Source: Bacteroidales bacterium | GTDB lineage: Bacteria > Bacteroidota > Bacteroidia > Bacteroidales > BM520 | Length of the DNA: 64,000 nucleotides | Direction: 5' to 3' | NCBI GenBank assembly: GCA_050953245.1 | Contig: JBMNMG010000006.1 | Location: forward strand, 2,821 to 66,820 | Shown: piece by piece, positions 1 to 11,014 of the stretch | How positions within the stretch are numbered: position 1 is the stretch's first letter | How the letters are laid out: every line of letters begins with the position of its first letter | Program-made: the position numbers and the translations under genes | The notes under the pieces: generated by a model | What the model was told of the DNA's origin: nothing | What the model saw: only the letters and a program-made list of their open reading frames with translations | Databases searched by the model: none

Positions 1-2301
1 ACTGATCGAAACGGTAATTACAGCGTAAATATTACAAAATTAGACAGTTATACTGTAGAATATTCGTATGTTGGATATGAAACTAAAGTTATTGTAGTAG
101 ATGCTACCGATGGTAAAATATCAGCATCAATTGTATCTTATTTAAAACCTTCGATAGTTCAATTAGATAAATTTAACATTAATGCCTCCAGAGTAGATGA
201 TAATTCACCTATTACTTATTCTAATTTAGATAAAAAAACCATAAATAAAATAGTATCCGGTAAAGATTTACCTATGTTATTACAATCAACACCATCACTA
301 ATATCTATGTCTGACAATGGTGCCGGTATTGGTGCAACTAATTTTACTATTAGAGGTACGGATATGAATAGAATTAATATTACTATTAACGGAATACCTT
401 TAAATGATGCGGAATCTCAAAATGTATTCTTTTCTAATATGCCGGATTTCATTTCTTCTGTTGACAATGTGCAAATTCAAAGAGGAGTTGGAACTTCTAC
501 AGATGGAACTGCAGCGTTTGGTGCAACAGTAAACTTTAAAACTAAAGAAATAGAAAGTGATCCATATGGATTAATTTCATTAGGGGGCGGTTCATTTAAT
601 ACCTTTAAAACAAATGTTCAAGTAGGAAGCGGTTTAATGGATAATAATTTTACTTTCAATGTTGGCGCATCTATTTTAAATACAGATGGCTACGTTGATA
701 GAGCATTTGCTGATATGAAATCGTTTTATTTTGATGGAGCATATATAGGGAAAAAATTCTATGCTAAAATTATGAATTATACAGGGAAACAAAGAACTTA
801 CCAAGCATGGAACGGTGTAGATCCTGAAATGATGCTAGAGAGTAGAACATATAATCCGGCAGGCGAAATTTATGGATATAATGCTGATGGAGAATATGTT
901 TTGTTAGGTTATTACGATAATGAAACAGATAATTATTTACAAAGTACTACCCACTTAACGACAGCTTACAAAATTAACGATTATTTAAAAGCTAACTTAG
1001 CATTTCATTATACTTACGGTAAAGGTTTTTATGAAAACTATAAAAACGATCAAAAATTATCTAAATATCAAGAAAATCCGGGAGAAATCTTAATACAATT
1101 AGGTGAGAATAAACGAACAAATTTAATTCGTCAAAAATGGTTAGATAATGACTTTTATGGTTTAGTTTATTCTTTAAGTTTTGATAAAGATAGATTTAAT
1201 ATGATATTAGGTGGCGGTTATAACAAATATCTTGGAGATCACTTTGGCAAAATTCCTTGGGCAAAAGACGCTTTAGTTGTTGATAAAGATAAAAACTATT
1301 ATTTTAGTGATGCTGTTAAAAACGATTTTAATATTTACTATAAAATAAATTTTGCAATAACAAAGCAATTAAATATTTTTGGAGATGTTCAATATCGTAA
1401 TATAGAATACAAAATTAGAGGTATAAGAGACGATTTACAAAACTTAGATCAAGATCATAACTTTAATTTTATTAACCCAAAAGCTGGTTTAGTATGGAAT
1501 AATAATAATCATAGAGCTTATGCTTCCTTTGGTATTGCAAACAGAGAACCAAATAGAGATAATTTTTGCGATGCATATCCGGATGCAACCCCAAGACCTG
1601 AACGTTTATATGACTATGAATTAGGATATAAATATAACTTCAAACGTGCATTTGCCGGAATTTCTCTATACTATATGGATTATAAAGACCAATTGGTATT
1701 AACGGGGGAAATTAATCATGTAGGAGATCCTATTATGGTTAATGTAGATAAAAGTTATAGAATGGGTATAGAATTGGAAGGTGCTGCAGAAATTATTCCA
1801 GGGTGGTTATGGTGGAATGCTAACTTAACTTTAAGTAGAAACAAAATTTTAGATTATGTTCAATATGTAGATAATTGGAATTACTGGGATGACCCAGATA
1901 ATAGCGAACTACAGATAAAAAAAGAATTTAAATCCACAGATATATCGTTTTCACCGTCAATAATCGGTTTTAATAATATTACAGGCCGTATTTATAAAGG
2001 ATTATCTGCAAGTTTAATTTCTAAATACGTTGGTAAACAATATATAGATAACTGTTCAGATGAAAATCAAAAATTAAATGCATATTTTGTTACAGACTTT
2101 AAGTTAGATTATACATTAAATAATATTAAGTTTGCTAAAGATATCAATTTATTTGTGTCTGTAAATAACATATTTAATACTAAATATGAAACAAGAGCTT
2201 GGTTGTATCGTTACTATTCTGATGGAGAAGAAGGTTTTTCGTCAGGATATTTTCCACAAGCAGGAATAAATATATTTGGAGGAATAACTGTTAAGTTTTA
2301 G
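1..2301 (+). CDS. TonB-dependent outer-membrane receptor, 5'-truncated by the window (resembles thiamine-type receptors)
   Basis: Frame 1 is open from base 1 (TDRNGNYSVN...YSYVGYETK, carboxypeptidase-regulatory-like domain). Plug motif IRGTDMNRINITINGIPLND...IQRGVGTS and terminal Phe (TVKF). Substrate is an inference. Confidence 0.9.
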   Translation, partial: TDRNGNYSVNITKLDSYTVEYSYVGYETKVIVVDATDGKISASIVSYLKPSIVQLDKFNINASRVDDNSPITYSNLDKKTINKIVSGKDLPMLLQSTPSLISMSDNGAGIGATNFTIRGTDMNRINITINGIPLNDAESQNVFFSNMPDFISSVDNVQIQRGVGTSTDGTAAFGATVNFKTKEIESDPYGLISLGGGSFNTFKTNVQVGSGLMDNNFTFNVGASILNTDGYVDRAFADMKSFYFDGAYIGKKFYAKIMNYTGKQRTYQAWNGVDPEMMLESRTYNPAGEIYGYNADGEYVLLGYYDNETDNYLQSTTHLTTAYKINDYLKANLAFHYTYGKGFYENYKNDQKLSKYQENPGEILIQLGENKRTNLIRQKWLDNDFYGLVYSLSFDKDRFNMILGGGYNKYLGDHFGKIPWAKDALVVDKDKNYYFSDAVKNDFNIYYKINFAITKQLNIFGDVQYRNIEYKIRGIRDDLQNLDQDHNFNFINPKAGLVWNNNNHRAYASFGIANREPNRDNFCDAYPDATPRPERLYDYELGYKYNFKRAFAGISLYYMDYKDQLVLTGEINHVGDPIMVNVDKSYRMGIELEGAAEIIPGWLWWNANLTLSRNKILDYVQYVDNWNYWDDPDNSELQIKKEFKSTDISFSPSIIGFNNITGRIYKGLSASLISKYVGKQYIDNCSDENQKLNAYFVTDFKLDYTLNNIKFAKDINLFVSVNNIFNTKYETRAWLYRYYSDGEEGFSSGYFPQAGINIFGGITVKF

Positions 2302-2351
2302 GAAATAAATAACAAAAAAATTTATTAATATTTTAATATTTAAGATAAAGG

Positions 2352-2381
2352 AGCTGTCTATTTTTTTAGACAGCTTTTTTT
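2352..2381 (+). terminator. Rho-independent terminator
   Basis: AGCTGTCTA/TAGACAGCT stem followed by a T-run, downstream of the receptor gene. Confidence 0.8.
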
Positions 2382-2595
2382 ATGTTATTTATAGTAATTC
2401 TTGATAAAGGGTATGAGTTTTTTGACAATTTACTCTAATATTGTAATATATTAGATAAAATGTATGAATAAAGTTGAAAAATTTAAATAAATTAACTTAA
2501 TTTGTAGAAAAAATAATATCATTAATATTTTTTTATTCTTTATATGTTAAGTCATAGTAAAGAAATTTATAGTGTTTTTGTTTTAGAGAAATATT

Positions 2596-4872
2596 ATGTA
2601 TGAAATCGATTTAGAAAAAGAAGCTAAAACTATTGAAGAAGGATTTCAACGAATACTTGATGCTTGGGATTCCGATAAAAAGGATGAGGAAAGCATTAAG
2701 TTAGTTAGGAAAGCCTTTGATATAGCCGTTGAGGCTCATAGCGATATGCGTAGAAAAAGTGGTGAGCCTTACATTTACCATCCTATTGAGGTTGCTATAA
2801 TTACTGCAAAAGAATTAGGATTAGGGAAAACTTCTATCATTTGTGCTTTGTTACATGATGTTGTTGAAGATACCGATTACACTTTAGATGAATTTGAAGC
2901 TTTGTTTGGTGATAAGGTAGCCAATATTATAGATGGGTTAACTAAAATTCAAAATATTACTGATAAAAGCAAAAACACAACTCCTCAAGTAGAAACATTT
3001 AAAAAAATTATACTATCCTTTGCTTATGACATTAGAGTTATTTTAATTAAGTTAGCGGATAGGCTGCATAATATGCGAACTTTAGAATTTATGTCGCGTG
3101 AAAAGCAGATAAAAATAGCATCTGAAACAGAATTTATATATTCCAAACTTGCTCATAGATTAGGATATTTTGCTGTAAAAGATGAGTTAGAGGATTTATC
3201 CTTAAAATATCTAGAACCTGAGCTTTACGAAATGCTTTATGATAAAATAGCGAGTAAAAAAGAGCTTTATCATGAAATGATTAATAGTTTTATAGAACCT
3301 ATTTCTAAAGAACTTACTGCATTAGGAATGGATTTCGAAATAACTACCAGGTTTAAAACAGTTCATTCTATCTGGAGAAAAATGATAGAGAAAAAAGTTT
3401 CTTTCGAAGATATTGATGATCTATTTGCAGTAAGAATTGTGATAAATTCTGACGAAAAAAATGAGAAGTTTGATTGTTGGAAGGTTTATGCAGTTGTAAC
3501 TAATTTTTACAATCCCAAACAAGATAGATTACGAGATTGGATATCTACACCTAAAGTTAACGGTTATGAGGCATTACATGCTACAGTAATGAGCAATACC
3601 GGTAATTGGGTAGAAGTTCAAATTAGAAGTAAACGAATGGATGAGATTGCCGAGAAGGGATTAGCTGCCCATTGGAAGTACAAAGATAAATCTGCAAATG
3701 CTCCTGATGGTAAGTTAGACCAATGGATAAATGTAATGCGTCAAATTATTGAGACACAAAAATTAGATGTTTTAGATAATGACTCTATAGGTTTTATTGA
3801 TGATTTTAAAAATAATTTATTTACTGATGAAATTTTTGTTTTTACACCTAAAGGAGAACTAAGAACTTTGCCGGCAAATTCAACAGTTTTAGATTTTGCT
3901 TATGCTGTTCACACTGAGTTAGGTAATACATGTATTGCAGCTAAAGTAAATAATAGTTTGGTTTCAAAATTTACAATTTTACATTCCGGAGATCAGATTG
4001 AGATCTTAACCTCTAAGAATCAAAAACCTTCTGAGGATTGGTTAGAGAAAGTTCAAACACAACGAGCTAAAACTAGAATTAGAGCTGCATTAAAAAATGA
4101 TAAAAAGGAAAATTACGATAAAGGTTTAAATATCTTAAAGGGTTGGTTGGATAAATTAAATAAAGAAATAAATGATAAAATATTAGATAAAATATTAACA
4201 GCCAGTGGAGAGGAAAATTTACTTGATTTATTCAACAATATTGCTATCAATAAGATAGGGTTTGAAAATATCAAGAGGTACTTAAAATTTCAAGAAAAAT
4301 CAAAATGGTACTCTACAATATTTCCATTTGGTCGTAATAAAGATAATGAAAAAACTATTAATGAAATTGTTAAGAAAAATGCCAAAAATCTATTGTTAGA
4401 TAAAGACATAAGTAATTTGTCATATACTCTTTGCGATTTTTGTAATCCGATTCCCGGAGATAAAGTTATTGGTGTTACAGATGAAAAAGAAAATATGATA
4501 ATTCATAGAACTAATTGCCCGAATGCTATTAATTTTGCATCTAAACACGGCAATAAAATTTTTAAAGCAAAATGGCGTAAAGAAGATTTACAAGTTGGAT
4601 TTTTAACTAGAATAGAAATTACAGGATTAGATAGAAAAGGTATCTTAGCCAATATTACTAATATTTTTATTACTGATTATAAGATAAATATTCGTGAAAT
4701 GAAAATGGAGGCTAAAGATGGAATTTTTAAAGGAACCTTTAGTATTTATATTAGTGACTCTCAAACATTAAATGATTTAATTGAAGCAGTAAAAAAAATA
4801 GATGGAGTGCAATCTGTTATTAGAGTCAATCGCCCCGAGGATAAAGTCAATCGCTCCGATACTAACTTATAA
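2596..4872 (+). CDS. relA: RelA/SpoT (p)ppGpp synthetase/hydrolase
   Basis: RKSGEPYIYHP, LHDVVED, KLADRLHNMRTL, EVQIRS, AAHWKYK, TGS domain (FTPKGE...DFAYAVH) and C-terminal ACT domain. Confidence 0.95.
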   Translation: MYEIDLEKEAKTIEEGFQRILDAWDSDKKDEESIKLVRKAFDIAVEAHSDMRRKSGEPYIYHPIEVAIITAKELGLGKTSIICALLHDVVEDTDYTLDEFEALFGDKVANIIDGLTKIQNITDKSKNTTPQVETFKKIILSFAYDIRVILIKLADRLHNMRTLEFMSREKQIKIASETEFIYSKLAHRLGYFAVKDELEDLSLKYLEPELYEMLYDKIASKKELYHEMINSFIEPISKELTALGMDFEITTRFKTVHSIWRKMIEKKVSFEDIDDLFAVRIVINSDEKNEKFDCWKVYAVVTNFYNPKQDRLRDWISTPKVNGYEALHATVMSNTGNWVEVQIRSKRMDEIAEKGLAAHWKYKDKSANAPDGKLDQWINVMRQIIETQKLDVLDNDSIGFIDDFKNNLFTDEIFVFTPKGELRTLPANSTVLDFAYAVHTELGNTCIAAKVNNSLVSKFTILHSGDQIEILTSKNQKPSEDWLEKVQTQRAKTRIRAALKNDKKENYDKGLNILKGWLDKLNKEINDKILDKILTASGEENLLDLFNNIAINKIGFENIKRYLKFQEKSKWYSTIFPFGRNKDNEKTINEIVKKNAKNLLLDKDISNLSYTLCDFCNPIPGDKVIGVTDEKENMIIHRTNCPNAINFASKHGNKIFKAKWRKEDLQVGFLTRIEITGLDRKGILANITNIFITDYKINIREMKMEAKDGIFKGTFSIYISDSQTLNDLIEAVKKIDGVQSVIRVNRPEDKVNRSDTNL

Positions 4873-6699
4873 TGCTTGCATATTGCATAAACGATGGTAA
4901 AGTCCATCTTTATTTTGATATAGTTGTTGATGTGTTCCTCGTTCCACAATTCTACCTTCGTCCATTACAATTATTTCATCTGCATTCATAATAGTAGATA
5001 ATCTATGTGCAATTACCAATGATGTTCTTGATTGCATTAATTTTTCTAAGGCTTCATGAACTATTTTTTCTGATTCTGTGTCTAATGCAGATGTAGCTTC
5101 ATCTAAAAGTAAGATTGGTGGGTTTTTAAGTAATGCTCTTGCTATACTTAAACGTTGTTTTTGACCTCCGGAAAGCTTAGTTCCTCTATCTCCTATTATT
5201 GTATTGTATCCATTAGGTAAATCCATAATAAAGTTGTGGGCATTAGCAATTTTAGCAACTCTTATTACATCTTCTAAACTATAGTCTTCCATTCCAAATG
5301 AAATATTATACAAAACAGTATTATTAAACAAGATAGAATCCTGTGTTACTATTCCTGATAATCCACGTAAATCATCGATCTTTAAATCTTTTATATTGAT
5401 GTTATCTATTAATACTTCGCCGGTTGTGCAATCATAAAACCTTGGAATTAAATTCATTAAAGTTGTTTTTCCGGTTCCTGATGGTCCTACAATTGCTATT
5501 TTTTTGCCTTTTTCTATTTTTAAATTGATATTATTTAATACAAATGTTTCTTCGTATTTGAAAGATACATCTTTAAATTCAATAGCGTATTTAAACTCTT
5601 TAATGGGTTGAGCATCTTCTTTTTCTTCAATAACTTCATCGGCATTGAATATTTCTTCAATTCTATCCATAGAAGCAGCACCTCGTTTAATGTCGTAATA
5701 TGCTTGTGTTAATGATTTAATGGGGGGTAAAAGCTGAGATAGTATTATTATAAAAACTATTAGAACAGATGCTGATAAACTATTTTCCGTTAAGACTAAT
5801 CTTCCCCCATATAATATAGCAAGTACAGTTACACCAACTCCTAAAACTTCTGTTAATGGTGATGCAATATCTCTAATTCTATATATTTTAGTCATTAATT
5901 TAGTGTAAACTCTATTGCTTTTTCTAAATTCCCTATCAGCAAAATTTATAGCATTAAATGCTTTAATAATACGCAATCCGTCTATACTTTCTTCTACTAA
6001 CGATATAATATTACCTAAATTAGATTGCCCTTTTTTAGCAGTTTGTTTTAGAGTCCTACTAATAATTCCTATTACATATCCACTTATCGGAATTAATATT
6101 AATGAGAATAACATTAGTTTCGGACTTAGAATTATTAATGTAATAACATAAAGAATGATTGTAATAGGCTCACTTACAAAAAACATTAATGTCCCCATTA
6201 CGGAATGTTCGATTTCTTGGACATCTGAAGTTATCCTAGTTAATAAATCTCCCTTTTTATGATTAGAATAGTAAGATAGCGGAAGTATTAATGTTTTGTG
6301 ATATAAATCATTTCTAATGCTCTCAATAACTCCATTACGTACTGGGGCAATAAAAAACAATTGTAAATATCTAAATAAGTTTTTTAAAAAAAACAAAGCA
6401 ATAATAATTAAAGAAACGTAAACTATAGCACTTTCCGGTTTAGATAAGTCTACAAGATTGTTTAGGTTATAGTAAAAATGATCTTTTAATATATTGCTAT
6501 TAAATAAATTTTCAAAAGTGATTGGGTCGGGTTTTACAATTAAAACTTCTTCTTCCAGAAATAATATATTTAATATTGGAATGAAAAATGCAAATGAGAA
6601 AAGTGAAAAAATTGTTGATAGAATTGAAAACAAAAATATCAAAACAATATTACCCTTGTAATGCTTTAAATATTTATTTAATGTTTTTATTAATCCCAT
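4867..6699 (-). CDS. ABC exporter, MsbA-like (fused TMD and NBD)
   Basis: TM helices, Walker A GPSGTGKT, LSGGQKQR signature, LLLDEATSALD. Confidence 0.92.
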   Translation of the reverse strand: MGLIKTLNKYLKHYKGNIVLIFLFSILSTIFSLFSFAFFIPILNILFLEEEVLIVKPDPITFENLFNSNILKDHFYYNLNNLVDLSKPESAIVYVSLIIIALFFLKNLFRYLQLFFIAPVRNGVIESIRNDLYHKTLILPLSYYSNHKKGDLLTRITSDVQEIEHSVMGTLMFFVSEPITIILYVITLIILSPKLMLFSLILIPISGYVIGIISRTLKQTAKKGQSNLGNIISLVEESIDGLRIIKAFNAINFADREFRKSNRVYTKLMTKIYRIRDIASPLTEVLGVGVTVLAILYGGRLVLTENSLSASVLIVFIIILSQLLPPIKSLTQAYYDIKRGAASMDRIEEIFNADEVIEEKEDAQPIKEFKYAIEFKDVSFKYEETFVLNNINLKIEKGKKIAIVGPSGTGKTTLMNLIPRFYDCTTGEVLIDNINIKDLKIDDLRGLSGIVTQDSILFNNTVLYNISFGMEDYSLEDVIRVAKIANAHNFIMDLPNGYNTIIGDRGTKLSGGQKQRLSIARALLKNPPILLLDEATSALDTESEKIVHEALEKLMQSRTSLVIAHRLSTIMNADEIIVMDEGRIVERGTHQQLYQNKDGLYHRLCNMQAL

Positions 6700-6711
6700 T
6701 TTTTACTTTTC

Positions 6712-7929
6712 TTATTTTCTATTAAAAGACAAATTTACTTTAATTTTTGAAACTGGAATATAAGTTGTAATAAAACCGATTAACAAAATAGTAAATAAAA
6801 CTATTACAAAGTCCATTCCTAATATTTTTACCGGGTAAGTATTTACTATAAAAGATGTACCATCGCCAAATTTAACTAACCCAAAGGTTGCTTGTAAAAA
6901 ACAAATAATATAGCCTAATATCATACCGGATACACAACCTATAAGCGCTAATACCATACCTTGAGTCAAAAATATTTTTTTTATTGTTTTTACATTTGCT
7001 CCTAAAGCATTAAGTATTGCAATATCTTGTTTTTTATTTAGAATTAGTATTGATAATGAGCTTATTATATTAAAAGCTGAAATAAAAATAATCAGTGATA
7101 AAAGTAAAAAAATAGCTAACTTTTCAGATTTCATAACCTTGTATAAAGATTCGTTTTGCTGATAAATATTTTTTACGTAGAACGATTCTCCGACAATTTT
7201 TTCTATATTTTTTTGAGTTTTTTTGTAATTTTCTCTATCCTTTAATGTAACTTCAATTGAACTAATTTTATCAGTTTCAAATAATTCCTGAGCCGTTACC
7301 ATAGGAATAAATAAATATTTATCGTCTATTTCTTGTTGAATAGAAAAAATAGTTGCAACATAAATGTTTTTTATTATTAATGATTTTGACGGATTAAGCA
7401 GTAATTTTGATGTCCTTTTAGGTGAAACAATAGTAAGCTTTTGAGGTAACATACTTAAATTAATACCTAAAAAATATGAAATTCCATATCCGATAGACGC
7501 AAAACCTGCTTGAGGATTAAAATCTGTTCCGGCTGCTATAAAATCTGTTAGTTTCCCATTATCAAAATAGTTGTTTTCTATACCCTTAGCTGTAGCAACT
7601 ATCTGATTTTCGTTATGTTTAAGTAATACATTATCTTCTAAAACAGATGATGTTAGGGCAACATTCTCTAAATTATTAATTAAAATTAAAGATGTAGAAT
7701 CAAGGTCAAAAGTTTTACCTTGTTTAGGGTAAATTTTTATATCCGGGCTAAACGATGTATATAAAGAGTCTATTAACTCATTAAAACCGTTAAATACAGA
7801 TAATACAACAATTAGCGCGGCCGTAGTAACACTAATACCTACAATTGCAATCCAAGATATTAAGTTGATAATATTATGCTTTTTCTTAGATTTAACATAC
7901 CTAAAACCTATATAAAGCGGTAGGTTCAT
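6712..7929 (-). CDS. LolC/E (FtsX/MacB family) permease
   Basis: ALIVVLSVFNGF, periplasmic loop, KKQDIAILNALGA and three C-terminal TM helices. Confidence 0.88.
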   Translation of the reverse strand: MNLPLYIGFRYVKSKKKHNIINLISWIAIVGISVTTAALIVVLSVFNGFNELIDSLYTSFSPDIKIYPKQGKTFDLDSTSLILINNLENVALTSSVLEDNVLLKHNENQIVATAKGIENNYFDNGKLTDFIAAGTDFNPQAGFASIGYGISYFLGINLSMLPQKLTIVSPKRTSKLLLNPSKSLIIKNIYVATIFSIQQEIDDKYLFIPMVTAQELFETDKISSIEVTLKDRENYKKTQKNIEKIVGESFYVKNIYQQNESLYKVMKSEKLAIFLLLSLIIFISAFNIISSLSILILNKKQDIAILNALGANVKTIKKIFLTQGMVLALIGCVSGMILGYIICFLQATFGLVKFGDGTSFIVNTYPVKILGMDFVIVLFTILLIGFITTYIPVSKIKVNLSFNRK

Positions 7930-8264
7930 TCTTTTATTAAGCTTTCTATTTTTTCTATATAATCTAATGAATCGTCTTCAAAAAATTTTAGTTCTGGTAT
8001 TATTCTAACTTGTTTTCCAATTCTTAGCCCTAATTTATACCTAATCTGATTATGATTATTTCTGATATTTTCTAAGATTTGGTCGTGATCGGTATTTCCA
8101 AACATACTTATATATACATAAGCTATTGAAAAATCTTTAGTAATACTTACTTTTGTTACTGTTAACATAGTATTTGGCGCAAGAGCTGCACCTTCTTCTC
8201 TAAAAACTTCACTTATTTCTTGTAATATAAGCGATTCTATTTTCTTTTGTCTAATTGTCTCCAT
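7926..8264 (-). CDS. rbfA: Ribosome-binding factor A
   Basis: METIRQKKI, TVTKVSITKDFSIAYVYIS, RIIPELKFFEDDSLDY. Confidence 0.95.
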   Translation of the reverse strand: METIRQKKIESLILQEISEVFREEGAALAPNTMLTVTKVSITKDFSIAYVYISMFGNTDHDQILENIRNNHNQIRYKLGLRIGKQVRIIPELKFFEDDSLDYIEKIESLIKE

Positions 8265-8389
8265 AATGCAAAGTTAGCATAAATATTAATTCTGTGCAAA
8301 CAAGTAATTTCTACTTACAAACGTAGCTTTATTTTACAAAGTATAAAAATTTCCAGGTTTTTTGTAATTCAATTTTTTCAGACTGCTAT

Positions 8390-10309
8390 TTATTTTAAAA
8401 TTAATCTATTTTGTTCTGCCACTAAAGTTCCAATATTAGTTACAGCCGGTGGAGTAGAAGCGTTATAAGTTTTTTTAGTAACCTTTTTAGATTTTTTATT
8501 AAATATTACAATTGAAGATTTAATGTTTGAAGAAATAATTAAAACTACTTCATTATTAGTATTATTACATTTAACATTAGAAATATCTGCAATATCAACC
8601 GTTTCAGAAAATATAGTTTTTTTAAATCTATCAAAACATTCAACTTTTCCGTTATTAATAAAAATAAAATCGTTTTTATTATCTTTATCTACATCTTCAT
8701 AAAAGAAATAGTTGTTTTGATCATACTTATTAAATTCTGTATAAACAGTACTTTTACCTTTATTTATATAAGAAACTCTACCTGTTTTATCATTAGTTAA
8801 AAACATCCCCTTTGAGTTAGTTTTATTTTCGTAAACAATAAAATTGTTGGAAGGTGTAAAAGCATTATCTGCAGTAAAATAAGCGTTCCCATTGCTATAT
8901 AAAAAAGTAATATTATTTTTGTTGTTTAAGTAAGCAATGTAAGTGTTTTTATTAATATCTATTATTTGTACAGGTTTCACTGTAGGCTTAACGTCTTGAA
9001 TCTTTTTATTGAGTTTTAAATCGTTATTAGAGTTGCTTAGCATATATAGAACATCATCAATCCCAATGTAAAAAAGGTCAAATTTATTAGAATTGCTAAT
9101 TAGCATACAGATTTGATTTTTAGCTTTCACAGGAATAATAATAGGGAATCCTTTAACGTGATTTCCATTTATATCCAATAAATACAAACGAGTAGTTGTA
9201 TTAAACATATATTGGATTTTATCATTGTTATAAAAGTCTACTTCTGTAATATCTCCAATAATCCTGCCATCAGCTTTAAAACTCCACTTTTTATTGCCAT
9301 CTGTAGTAATATAGCTAATTTCGTTATCAGCATCTTGTAAAATAATATTGCCTTGTGTATTAGTGTGATTCTGAACGTGTTGAGGTCCAAAAACAATATT
9401 GCTATTTGTAGAGAAAAAAGATATCTGATTAGCATTATTAATATTACTAATTTCTGTAACTCCTGTACTCTCATCAGTTACGTCATTTAACTCTTGCTGT
9501 GTTATTGCTTCAGTTGTTTCTTGAATATCTCCAATTTCTTCTACAGATATTTTATTTTCTATATTTGCTTTTCTTGTAAGTTTACTAATAGCTTTATCAT
9601 TTTTATATTTGTAATTATATGTAGATGCTTGTTGTGCAAATGTTTTAATTATAGACGATGTATTCTCAGATAATTTTTTTCTGTCTTTAGAAGCAGGAAT
9701 ATAAAACGAAATAATTTCTAAAGTAGTATTGGAAAAATAAAAATCATGACTTATCCATTGAGTTTTTCCATCTAATTCGGATTTTTCCAAGATCTTAAAA
9801 ATAGATGTATTGGACATAGAGAAAATAGCAGTTGAAATTTCATCGCTTTGCAAACCTAAGATTTTTTTATTAATTTTTTTAGGTGAAATATAAGTATAAC
9901 CTAATAATGATCCTGTGATAAAATCAGTATATTGTGATGCTTTAAAGTTTTGTTTAATTAACAATATCCAATCTCCATTAGAATAAGTGGCAATAACTGT
10001 TGGTGCTTGTTTAATCTTTTCAAAAACAACAGTATCAGCATACAATGCATATAAACTATTTTGTATTTGACTGTAATTTTTTAATCTTTCTTGATTGAAT
10101 TTTTTAAAATCATCAGCAAATAGATAATTAATCATATCACCTAAAGATGCTGACTCTATAACATATTCCGAGTCATTTTTAATGATATTTGAGATTATAT
10201 CGTAATTCTTCTTTGTGTTTATTTTATATAATGCAAATAAAACACTTGCAACTAATAATAAAATTAAAAGAATTGTTATCGTAAGTCTTAAGTTATTACT
10301 TTGTTTCAT
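8390..10309 (-). CDS. Membrane-anchored hypothetical protein with probable C-terminal beta-propeller (DUF3352-like)
   Basis: N-terminal TM; NHTNTQGNIILQD...KKWS...VDFYNNDKIQYMF...LLDINGNHVKGFP resembles a conserved Bacteroidota family. Confidence 0.6.
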   Translation of the reverse strand: MKQSNNLRLTITILLILLLVASVLFALYKINTKKNYDIISNIIKNDSEYVIESASLGDMINYLFADDFKKFNQERLKNYSQIQNSLYALYADTVVFEKIKQAPTVIATYSNGDWILLIKQNFKASQYTDFITGSLLGYTYISPKKINKKILGLQSDEISTAIFSMSNTSIFKILEKSELDGKTQWISHDFYFSNTTLEIISFYIPASKDRKKLSENTSSIIKTFAQQASTYNYKYKNDKAISKLTRKANIENKISVEEIGDIQETTEAITQQELNDVTDESTGVTEISNINNANQISFFSTNSNIVFGPQHVQNHTNTQGNIILQDADNEISYITTDGNKKWSFKADGRIIGDITEVDFYNNDKIQYMFNTTTRLYLLDINGNHVKGFPIIIPVKAKNQICMLISNSNKFDLFYIGIDDVLYMLSNSNNDLKLNKKIQDVKPTVKPVQIIDINKNTYIAYLNNKNNITFLYSNGNAYFTADNAFTPSNNFIVYENKTNSKGMFLTNDKTGRVSYINKGKSTVYTEFNKYDQNNYFFYEDVDKDNKNDFIFINNGKVECFDRFKKTIFSETVDIADISNVKCNNTNNEVVLIISSNIKSSIVIFNKKSKKVTKKTYNASTPPAVTNIGTLVAEQNRLILK

Positions 10310-10365
10310 AAAATTATGAGTTGTTTTGCAAATATAGTATAAAAATTTTAAAGTTTTATTTAGTA

Positions 10366-10956
10366 CTAAAATAGTTTCGTTTGTTTTTTAACACTAAAAG
10401 TTTGTCTGTGATATTTAGTTTTACCATGCATAAATATTGCATCTATATGTTGTTTAGTAGGATATCCTTTATTTTGTTTCCAATTATACATAGGAAATTC
10501 TTTATCAATCCTAAGCATAAAATCGTCTCTATAAGTTTTAGCTAAAATAGATGCAGCTGCAATATTTTCATAAATACTATCTCCTTTTACAACACATTTA
10601 TGTTTGATATTTTTATAATTTTTAAATTTATTTCCGTCAACTAAAATAAATTCCGGAGTTTTAATTAATTTATCTAAAGCCATATGCATAGCTAAAATAG
10701 ATGCATTTAATATGTTTATTTCATCTATTTGATTATTATCTACAAAAGCAACACCGGTTGCAATTGCTTTCTCTAAAATAATGTCTCGAATTTCATAACG
10801 TTTTTTTTCTGACAATTGTTTTGAATCGTTAATATCATTTATTTTACAATCAATTGGCAAAATTACAGCTGCAGCAAAAACAGGACCTGCCAAGCAACCT
10901 CTGCCAGCCTCGTCGCACCCGGCAATTAATTTATAATCTTCAAAGTAGTTAATCAT
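10366..10956 (-). CDS. rnhB: Ribonuclease HII
   Basis: AGCDEAGRGCLAGPV, DSKQL, KGD...IAAASILAK, NKGYPT. Confidence 0.96.
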   Translation of the reverse strand: MINYFEDYKLIAGCDEAGRGCLAGPVFAAAVILPIDCKINDINDSKQLSEKKRYEIRDIILEKAIATGVAFVDNNQIDEINILNASILAMHMALDKLIKTPEFILVDGNKFKNYKNIKHKCVVKGDSIYENIAAASILAKTYRDDFMLRIDKEFPMYNWKQNKGYPTKQHIDAIFMHGKTKYHRQTFSVKKQTKLF

Positions 10957-11014
10957 TTTATTAAAGTTAGAATAAATAAGAAATAACGTTATACTAACGA
11001 TTAATTGAACTTAT

